Part shown: positions 57,535 through 64,000 of the stretch, piece by piece | Position numbering within the stretch: the stretch's first letter is position 1 | Layout of the letters: every line of letters starts with the position of its first letter | Assembly (NCBI GenBank): GCA_963729605.1 | Contig: CAVSNY010000006.1 | Location: forward strand, 352,001 to 416,000 | From: an uncultured Gammaproteobacteria bacterium | Lineage (GTDB): Bacteria; Pseudomonadota; Gammaproteobacteria; DRLM01 | DNA length: 64,000 bases | Direction: 5' to 3' | Position numbers and translations under genes: made by a program | The notes under the pieces: generated by a model | The model's database searches: none | Told to the model about the DNA's origin: nothing | The model's input: the letters and a program-made list of their open reading frames with translations, nothing else

Positions 57535-58341
57535 GTGAGCGAGCACAACACCGAGCAATACCGCATCCAGAATCAGCCTTATTACCGGCCGGTCGCCGAC
57601 GAAACGGCGCTGTATGAAGCGGCCTACGGCGCGCGCATGCCGATGATGCTGAAAGGTCCGACCGGCTGCGGCAAATCGCGCTTCGTCGAATACATGGCCT
57701 GGAAACTCGGCCGGCCGCTGATCACCGTCGCCTGCAACGAAGACATGACCGCCTCCGATCTGGTCGGCCGCTTTTTGCTCGACGCCAACGGCACACGCTG
57801 GCAGGACGGCCCGCTCACCACCGCCGCGCGCATCGGCGCGATCTGTTATCTCGATGAAGTGGTGGAGGCGCGCCAGGATACGACGGTGGTGATTCATCCG
57901 CTCACCGATCACCGCCGCCAATTGCCGCTGGAAAAGAAAGGCGAACTGGTCAGTGCCCATCCCGATTTTCAATTGGTGATCTCCTACAATCCCGGCTATC
58001 AGAATCTGATGAAGGATTTGAAGCAATCCACCAAACAACGCTTCGCCGCGCTGGATTTCGACTATCCGCAAAGCGACGTGGAAACTGAAGTGGTGGCCCA
58101 CGAAACCGGCATAGATTTGGAGACCGCCGGCAAGCTGGTGCAAATCGCCCACCGCGCGCGCAATCTCAAAGGCCACGGCCTCGACGAAGGCATCTCCACC
58201 CGTCTGCTGGTCTACGCCGGAAACCTGATCGCCAAAGGCATCGCGCCCAAGGCCGCCTGCGCCATGACCCTGGTGCGTCCCATCACCGACGACCCGGACA
58301 TGCGCGACACCTTGGACGCGGCCATCGCGACGTATTTTTAA
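57535..58341 (+). CDS. cbbQ: RuBisCO activase AAA+ subunit
   Basis: KGPTGCGKSRFVE, YLDEVVEAR, SYNPGYQ, STRLLVY; TAAGGAG RBS before GTG. Confidence 0.96.
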   Translation: MSEHNTEQYRIQNQPYYRPVADETALYEAAYGARMPMMLKGPTGCGKSRFVEYMAWKLGRPLITVACNEDMTASDLVGRFLLDANGTRWQDGPLTTAARIGAICYLDEVVEARQDTTVVIHPLTDHRRQLPLEKKGELVSAHPDFQLVISYNPGYQNLMKDLKQSTKQRFAALDFDYPQSDVETEVVAHETGIDLETAGKLVQIAHRARNLKGHGLDEGISTRLLVYAGNLIAKGIAPKAACAMTLVRPITDDPDMRDTLDAAIATYF

Positions 58342-58344
58342 ATA

Positions 58345-58482
58345 AATGTAGGGTGGGTTAGCGCAGCGTAACCCGCCGATCCGCGCCGGCAGGCGCACCT
58401 TGTAAATAAGTTCAGACAAAAATGGAGTCGTTACGCGACAGGGGTGGGGTTACGGCGCGAAGCACCTAACCCACCCTACATT
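58345..58482. repeat. Inverted pair of GTAG-family REP sequences (REPIN-like)
   Basis: AATGTAGGGTGGGTTAG (58345-58361) and its exact reverse complement CTAACCCACCCTACATT (58466-58482); each REP has an internal GGGTTA..TAACCC palindrome. Confidence 0.8.
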
Positions 58483-58494
58483 GGGGAAACAACC

Positions 58495-60834
58495 ATGGCC
58501 GTAAAACTCGACGATTACCGCGAACTGCTGGAAGGCATCAATCCGACCCTGCACGACACGCTCGAGGCCAACTTCAGCGAGGCCGCGCGGGTGATGTCGC
58601 CGCAGGGTCTGCATAATTATCTCGAAGGCACGCGCGCGCTGTCGCAACTCGGCCGCGGCACGGACCTCATCGCGTCTTATCTCGAAAACATGCCCGCCGT
58701 GGTCAAGGAGTGCGGCGAAGAGGTGATCGGCGACAGCGTCAACGCCGCGCTCAACCTGGTCTCCATGGTGAGCGGCGAGATCATCGCCCTGCTGTTCGCC
58801 ACGCTGCCCACCGCCGCGCGCCGCTTGGGCGACGCCGAATTGCTGCGCGCGTATCTCGGCCTGATCCATCAACTCTCCGCCAAGGTGCCGCGCGGCTTGC
58901 GGCCCATGCTCGCCCATCTCGACGAGCTGTTTTCCAAACTCACCCTCGGCGGCTTGCGGCGCTGGGCCTTGTGGGGCGCGCAGGCCCATGGCCGCGATTT
59001 CCAGACGCAAATACTCTATTTCAATCTGCAAAGCGCCGACAGCCAAGCGGTGTTGCAGAAGGAACGCCGCGGCACCTTGTTCGTCGACAGCCAGCGCAAA
59101 TTGAATTTTTATCTGCGCGCCTTGTGGGCGCGCGATTTCTTCATGCGGCCCACCTCGGGCGATTATGAAAGCCGCGAAGGTTACAAACCCTATATCGAGC
59201 AGCGCGTCATTCATCTGCCCGACGCCTTCGACGATTACGCCGGCATCTCCGGCAAGGAACTCTACCGCGCCGCCGCCGCCCACGCCGCCGCGCATCTGGT
59301 CTACACCCGCGCGCCGCTCTCCGCCGAGGCGCTGACGCCGGCGCAGATGATCTTCATCGCGCTGTTCGAGGACGCGCGCATCGAACACCTGGCGATCGGC
59401 GACTTTCCCGGCCTCAAACAATTGTGGCGGCAATTCCACGAGAAACTGCGCGAGGTGAGTTGCGCGGTGGACCCGGTGGTGGAATTGCTGGAACGCGCCG
59501 CCTTCGCCATGCTCGACGATTCCTATGTGGACGTCGATCCGTGGGTGCGCGACGCCGCCGCGGCCTTTCGCACTGAATTCGCGCAGCGGCCGCAGAACCC
59601 GCGTTTGAGCTGGGACCTGGGCGTGACCTTCTACAATGAATTGAGCGGGCGCTACGCCATTCCCAGTTTGCGCGTGCTGGAGTCGGTGGCGATCCCCTAT
59701 CGCGACGACAACCGCTACAGCTGGGCCTACGACGAGGCCGAGTGGCACGCGGCGGAATACCTGCCCGCCAGCCAGCGCCAAGTGCGCAAACGGGTCAGCG
59801 TCATGGACATCGCCAACGAAGTGGACTGCGAACTGGCCGGCGACGACGCGCAGGAGGTGTGGATCTGCGACACCGAACTCTATCCCTACGAAGATCACGG
59901 CGTCAGCTACAACGAGATGTGGGGCAAGGAGCCGGCCAACGAACCCTATCACTACCAGGAATGGGACTATCAAGTGCAGTTGCACCGCCCCGACTGGGTG
60001 ACGGTGCTGGAAAAACGCGCGCGCAAAGGTGATCCCGCTCTCATCGAACAAACCTTGCTCGAACATCGCCCGGTCGCGAACCGCTTGAAGCATTTGATCG
60101 ACGCCATGCAGCCGCGCGGCGTGGTGCGCCAGCGCCGCCAGGAAGACGGCGACGAGATCGACATCAACGCCGCGATCCGCGCGATGGTGGATTTGCGCAT
60201 GGGCGAGACGCCCGACCCGCGCATCAATATCCGCTATATCCGCAAGACCCGCGATTTAGCGGTGCTGGTGCTGCTCGACCTCTCCGAGTCCACCAACGAA
60301 AAACTCGGCGGCAGCGACAAGCCGGTGCTGCAACTCGCGCGCGAGGCGACGACCTTGCTGTCGTGGGCCATCAACGGCATCGGCGATCCCTTCGCCATCC
60401 ACGGCTTCGCCTCCGACGGCCGCCACGACGTGCAATATTTCCGCTTCAAGGATTTCGATCAACCCTACGACGACGACGCCAAGGCCAGACTCGCCGGCAT
60501 GCAGGGCGGCCTCTCCACCCGCATGGGCGGCGCGCTGCGCCACGCCGGCCATTATCTGCTGCAACGGCCGCAGCGGCGTAAATTGATCTTACTGGTGAGC
60601 GACGGCGAACCGGCCGACATCGACGTGCGCGATCCGCAATATCTGCGTCACGACACCAAGAAGGCGGTGGAGGAATTGGCGAGCCGCGGCGTCACCACCT
60701 ATTGCCTCACGCTCGACCCCAACGCCGACGACTACGTGGGCCGCATCTTCGGCGCCAATCACTACACGGTGGTCGATCACGTGCAGCGTCTGCCCGAACG
60801 TTTGCCTACGCTGTTCATGGGTCTGACCAAATAA
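58495..60834 (+). CDS. cbbO: RuBisCO activase VWA adaptor
   Basis: LTLGGLRRW, YQEWDY, MIDAS DLSES, STRMG, SDGEPAD; follows cbbQ. Confidence 0.95.
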   Translation: MAVKLDDYRELLEGINPTLHDTLEANFSEAARVMSPQGLHNYLEGTRALSQLGRGTDLIASYLENMPAVVKECGEEVIGDSVNAALNLVSMVSGEIIALLFATLPTAARRLGDAELLRAYLGLIHQLSAKVPRGLRPMLAHLDELFSKLTLGGLRRWALWGAQAHGRDFQTQILYFNLQSADSQAVLQKERRGTLFVDSQRKLNFYLRALWARDFFMRPTSGDYESREGYKPYIEQRVIHLPDAFDDYAGISGKELYRAAAAHAAAHLVYTRAPLSAEALTPAQMIFIALFEDARIEHLAIGDFPGLKQLWRQFHEKLREVSCAVDPVVELLERAAFAMLDDSYVDVDPWVRDAAAAFRTEFAQRPQNPRLSWDLGVTFYNELSGRYAIPSLRVLESVAIPYRDDNRYSWAYDEAEWHAAEYLPASQRQVRKRVSVMDIANEVDCELAGDDAQEVWICDTELYPYEDHGVSYNEMWGKEPANEPYHYQEWDYQVQLHRPDWVTVLEKRARKGDPALIEQTLLEHRPVANRLKHLIDAMQPRGVVRQRRQEDGDEIDINAAIRAMVDLRMGETPDPRINIRYIRKTRDLAVLVLLDLSESTNEKLGGSDKPVLQLAREATTLLSWAINGIGDPFAIHGFASDGRHDVQYFRFKDFDQPYDDDAKARLAGMQGGLSTRMGGALRHAGHYLLQRPQRRKLILLVSDGEPADIDVRDPQYLRHDTKKAVEELASRGVTTYCLTLDPNADDYVGRIFGANHYTVVDHVQRLPERLPTLFMGLTK

Positions 60835-60923
60835 GCCCGGGCTGGACTTCCCCGGCCGGGCTGGAGATACTGACGGCGACAACACTGATACCCGCGGCGC
60901 GGCCGCGGGAAGGTGAGCGCCCC

Positions 60924-61286
60924 ATGCCATATCGGTCCCGTCTCAACAACATCCCCAGCCTCAGATCGATGCCGGCCACGGTGCCCGCCGCGCGTTACAA
61001 CCGGGTCCGCCTCGCGCTGCGGCGCTTGGAAAACCCGCTGCGCATCGAACTGCCCGGCCTGCGCAGCCTGGACGTGATACTGGAAGATGAAGTGTGGGCC
61101 ATCGTCGATCGCGATCTCAACGACATCCCCATCGCGGCGTGGACCGGGTTTGAATCGCGCAGCGCGCTGCACACCCCGCTGCGCTGCACGCTGCATTATT
61201 ATCACGCCCATGCCAGCGCCATCCTCGACACGGCGCTCAATACCCTGGACCGCATCCTCGGCCAGCGGCTGGCCAGGCACGGCTGA
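60924..61286 (+). CDS. Hypothetical protein, 120 aa
   Basis: Coding-like codon use, GGAAGG RBS, globular sequence YNRVRLALRRL..WAIVDRDLNDIPIAAW..LHYYHAHA. Confidence 0.7.
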   Translation: MPYRSRLNNIPSLRSMPATVPAARYNRVRLALRRLENPLRIELPGLRSLDVILEDEVWAIVDRDLNDIPIAAWTGFESRSALHTPLRCTLHYYHAHASAILDTALNTLDRILGQRLARHG

Positions 61287-61364
61287 CAACAGCACTGCAC
61301 CGCGCCGGCCAGCCCGGTGCAATCCGACATGGGCTTAAACCCCCGCCGCTGGTAAAATCCGCCC

Positions 61365-62339
61365 ATGTCTTTACGATACGACGCCTTGAAAATTCTCAGT
61401 GACGGCGGCTTTCATTCCGGCACACGGCTGGGCGGCGCCCTCGGCGTCAGCCGCACCGCGGTGTGGAAACACCTGCGCGCCTTGGGCGAACTCGGGCTGG
61501 ATATCTACGCCGTGCCGGGCAAGGGCTATCGCCTGGCCCAGCCGGTGGAATTCTTGGACGCGCGGACTATCACGTCGGCCATGGACGCCGACGCGCGCGC
61601 CCTGCTCGGCGGCATCGAAGTCCACCCGCGCCTCGACTCCACCAATACCCATTTAATGAAACAGGCCGCCGCCGGCCTGGCTTCCGGGCACGCCTGTCTG
61701 GCGGAATACCAAGAGGCCGGCCGCGGCCGGCGCGGCCGCAACTGGGTCTCGCCCTTCGGCGCCAACATTTATTTATCGATCCTGTGGCGTTTCACCCTCG
61801 ACCCCACTCAACTCGGCGGCCTGAGTCTCGCGGTGGGCGTGGCCATGGCCCGCGCCCTGCGCGCGGCGGGCGTCGACGGTCTCGGCCTCAAATGGCCCAA
61901 CGATGTGCTGTGGCAAGGCCGCAAATTGGCGGGCATCCTGCTGGAGATGAGCGGCGAGTCCTTCGGCGCCAGCAGCGTGGTGGTGGGCCTGGGCGTCAAT
62001 TGCCGCATGCCCAAGGCGGCCGGCGCCCACATCACACAAGCTTGGACCGATCTCGAAGAAATCCTGGGACGCCGCCTCTCGCGCAACACACTGGCGGCTT
62101 CCTTATTAAGCGAGGTATTGCCGGTGCTGCGCGATTATCAAACCCAAGGGCTCGCGCCCTTTCTCGACGAGTGGCAACACCACGACGCGATGCGCGGCAA
62201 AACCGTCAATCTGCAACTGCCCAATCAATCCATCACCGGCATCGCGGCGGGGGTGGACCGCGACGGCGCCCTGTTGCTGACCCGCGACGGCGCCACCCAG
62301 CGCTATCTCGCCGGCGAAATCAGCGTCAGGATGGCGTAA
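61365..62339 (+). CDS. birA: Biotin--protein ligase/repressor
   Basis: HTH FHSG..LGVSRTAVWK, DSTN, AEYQEAGRGRRGR, KWPND, KLAGIL. Confidence 0.97.
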   Translation: MSLRYDALKILSDGGFHSGTRLGGALGVSRTAVWKHLRALGELGLDIYAVPGKGYRLAQPVEFLDARTITSAMDADARALLGGIEVHPRLDSTNTHLMKQAAAGLASGHACLAEYQEAGRGRRGRNWVSPFGANIYLSILWRFTLDPTQLGGLSLAVGVAMARALRAAGVDGLGLKWPNDVLWQGRKLAGILLEMSGESFGASSVVVGLGVNCRMPKAAGAHITQAWTDLEEILGRRLSRNTLAASLLSEVLPVLRDYQTQGLAPFLDEWQHHDAMRGKTVNLQLPNQSITGIAAGVDRDGALLLTRDGATQRYLAGEISVRMA

Positions 62340-62467
62340 CCGGCGATGCGAGCATTCAGCGCAATTTTCTCGGCCCGTCATGCCGGCCCGCGCCGGAGCG
62401 ACGGCGTGTACGCATTAAACCGCTAATCCAACAACCCAACACGGCTCACACGAAAAAGGATGTTCTC

Positions 62468-63223
62468 TTGATACTGCTGATCGACATCGGCAACAGCCGC
62501 GTCAAATGGGCCAGCCTCCAGCGAGGCAAACGCGCCACCGGCCACAGCGCCCCGCGTCCGCTGGGAAGCGAATGGGAGGCCTTCGCCGCCATGGCGTGGG
62601 GCACGCTGCGCGCGCCGAAAAAAATCCTGGTCTGCAACGTCGCCGGTCAAACCCATGCCGAAGCGTTACGCGCCTGGACTCTCCAACACTGGCAAGTCGA
62701 ACCGCGTTTCATCCTCGCCCAGGCCGCCGCCTGCGGCGTGCGCAACGCCTACACCGTCCCCGAACGTTTGGGCGCCGACCGCTGGGCGGCCCTGATCGCC
62801 GCGCGCGCGCGCTGGAAAACAGCGCTGTGCGTGGTCGATGCCGGCACCGCCATCACCCTCGACGTGATCGACGCCGACGGCGCCCATCTGGGCGGCCTGA
62901 TCCTGCCCGGCATCGAGATGATGCGCCGCAGTCTGCTGGAGCGCAGCGAAGGTATCCGGCTGGCCGCCGATACGCCGGCCCCCGGCGACATCAGCCTGCT
63001 GGCCCGCGACACCCGCGACGGCATCGACGGCGGCACGCTCTACGCCGCGGTCGCCGCCATCGACCGCATCATCGCCGACACCGGCGCGGCCTTGAACCTC
63101 TCCCTCACCCGCGTCATCACCGGCGGCGACGCGGAAACCATCTTGCCCTTATTGGCCGGACCCTATCATCATGTGCCGGAGTTGGTATTGGACGGCCTCG
63201 CCGTCATCGCGGAGGAAAAATGA
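62468..63223 (+). CDS. coaX: Type III pantothenate kinase
   Basis: LLIDIGNSRVKW, LGADRW, VDAGTAIT, GGLILPG, TGGDA, LVLDGL; TTG start after AAAAGGA. Confidence 0.95.
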   Translation: MILLIDIGNSRVKWASLQRGKRATGHSAPRPLGSEWEAFAAMAWGTLRAPKKILVCNVAGQTHAEALRAWTLQHWQVEPRFILAQAAACGVRNAYTVPERLGADRWAALIAARARWKTALCVVDAGTAITLDVIDADGAHLGGLILPGIEMMRRSLLERSEGIRLAADTPAPGDISLLARDTRDGIDGGTLYAAVAAIDRIIADTGAALNLSLTRVITGGDAETILPLLAGPYHHVPELVLDGLAVIAEEK

Positions 63224-63462
63224 GAGTCCTGTTTCTATTGCTCATCATCGCCAACCTCGGCCTCTTCGCCTGGCATACTCAAACCCAGCGTCTGGACCAG
63301 GCCCTGCTCCTCGGCCCGCAGCCGGTCGATGAACGCACCCCGCCGCTGCTCTTGCTGAACGAACTGCCCAAACAAACACCGCCGGCGGAACCCGCGGCGC
63401 CGCGCGAGTCCGCGCTGCAAGAACTCCCCGCCGATCCGCCGCCGCCCGCCGAATTGCCTTAG
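63220..63462 (+). CDS. Short membrane-anchored protein resembling the N-terminus of the SPOR-domain gene usual after coaX (80 aa, possibly truncated)
   Basis: ATGA overlap with coaX; MRVLFLLLIIANLGLFAW, LLLLNE, Pro-rich linker, then stop. Confidence 0.6.
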   Translation: MRVLFLLLIIANLGLFAWHTQTQRLDQALLLGPQPVDERTPPLLLLNELPKQTPPAEPAAPRESALQELPADPPPPAELP

Positions 63463-63516
63463 CGGGCGCGATTACATACAATTTCGGCTCCATCCGATAA
63501 CAAACTTATCTTCAAC

Positions 63517-63592
63517 GCTGGCGTAGCTCAGTCGGTAGAGCAACTGATTTGTAATCAGTAGGTCACGGGTTCGACTCCTGTCGCCAGCACCA
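63517..63592 (+). tRNA. tRNA-Thr(TGT)
   Basis: 76-nt cloverleaf: acceptor GCTGGCG/CGCCAGC, anticodon arm ACTGA-TTTGTAA-TCAGT, GGTTCGACTCC, ACCA end. Confidence 0.96.
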
Positions 63593-63677
63593 AAAATCAG
63601 TAACTTATGAAGATCAGCTTAAGCGGCCTTTTCAGTGTAGACGCCCTGTAGACGTCTTAATACGCATTTAAGTCAGT

Positions 63678-63722
63678 CTGAAAATCCCTGTGTCGGCGGT
63701 TCGATTCCGTCCCTGGTCACCA
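63678..63722 (+). mobile_element. 3' fragment of tRNA-Phe(GAA), att-site-like scar
   Basis: CTGAAAATCCCTGTGTCGGCGGTTCGATTCCGTCCCTGGTCACCA = anticodon loop, T-arm and CCA; no D-arm, 5' acceptor strand or 5' anticodon stem upstream. Confidence 0.75.
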
Positions 63723-64000
63723 ATAATAACTTCACCTCTCAGTGCAGCCCTTGTAAGCACAGGTATTTAGTGCGCGCAGCAAACCTTGCGGTGGTTTCAG
63801 CACCGACCGCACACGCACGAAGTGCGCGGACGCGTGTCGGCGTGTTATTCACGTGCAGGCGCCGTTCAGAAACCGAGAGAGGATATAAAAGTCCCCCCGG
63901 GGTGAGTCATACAACGTTACCCGGAGGCGTCGTTAGCTGGAAATGGTGAGGAGGGCTGCGACGGCTATAGCTTAACCACCTCTTAACTCTGGGTGAGCTT

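Noticed and set aside
61463-63223. 586-aa ORF suggesting a birA-coaX-type fusion
   Set aside because: The N-terminal part is off-frame birA; birA has its own stop at 62339 and coaX its own RBS and TTG start
63647-63722. Second complete tRNA (Phe)
   Set aside because: No 5' acceptor strand, D-arm or 5' anticodon stem; only the 3' 45 nt match
63770-64000. Group II intron 5' end (GTGCG occurrences)
   Set aside because: GTGCG is too short to be informative, and no domain V or RT ORF is visible in the window

Overview
High-GC chromosomal window from a Gammaproteobacterium that is very likely a chemolithoautotroph. About 43 kb is conserved housekeeping backbone: pyrE, argB, long-form algC, dut, coaBC, radC, rpmB/rpmG, a desaturase, argJ, secA, the dcw cluster from mraZ to lpxC, RNase P RNA, rsmI-lpoA-yraN-dolP, sspAB and djlA. 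About 43.3-54.3 kb is an accessory copper-related region: a CopA-type ATPase with a cupredoxin, an HDOD protein, a glucan phosphorylase and a patatin, then a co-oriented run. That run comprises a small secreted His/Cys-rich leader ending in an RPP motif, a Tat-exported two-domain multicopper oxidase, a beta-barrel-like protein, a His-rich secreted protein and a lipoprotein cytochrome c. It abuts a form IAq RuBisCO locus (cbbR-cbbLS-cbbQ-cbbO), followed by birA-coaX, tRNA-Thr(TGT) and an integration-site-like scar containing the 3' half of a tRNA-Phe. The best candidate for a new system is the leader/oxidase/porin/cytochrome operon, which may be under CutF/CruR-like ribosome-stalling control. 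Other oddities are an in-frame palindromic insert in murD, a repeat-like sequence at an ftsW/murG junction lacking a nearby stop, a frameshifted dolP and several unrelated REP-like repeats. All calls come from motif and synteny recognition by eye; no searches were run.
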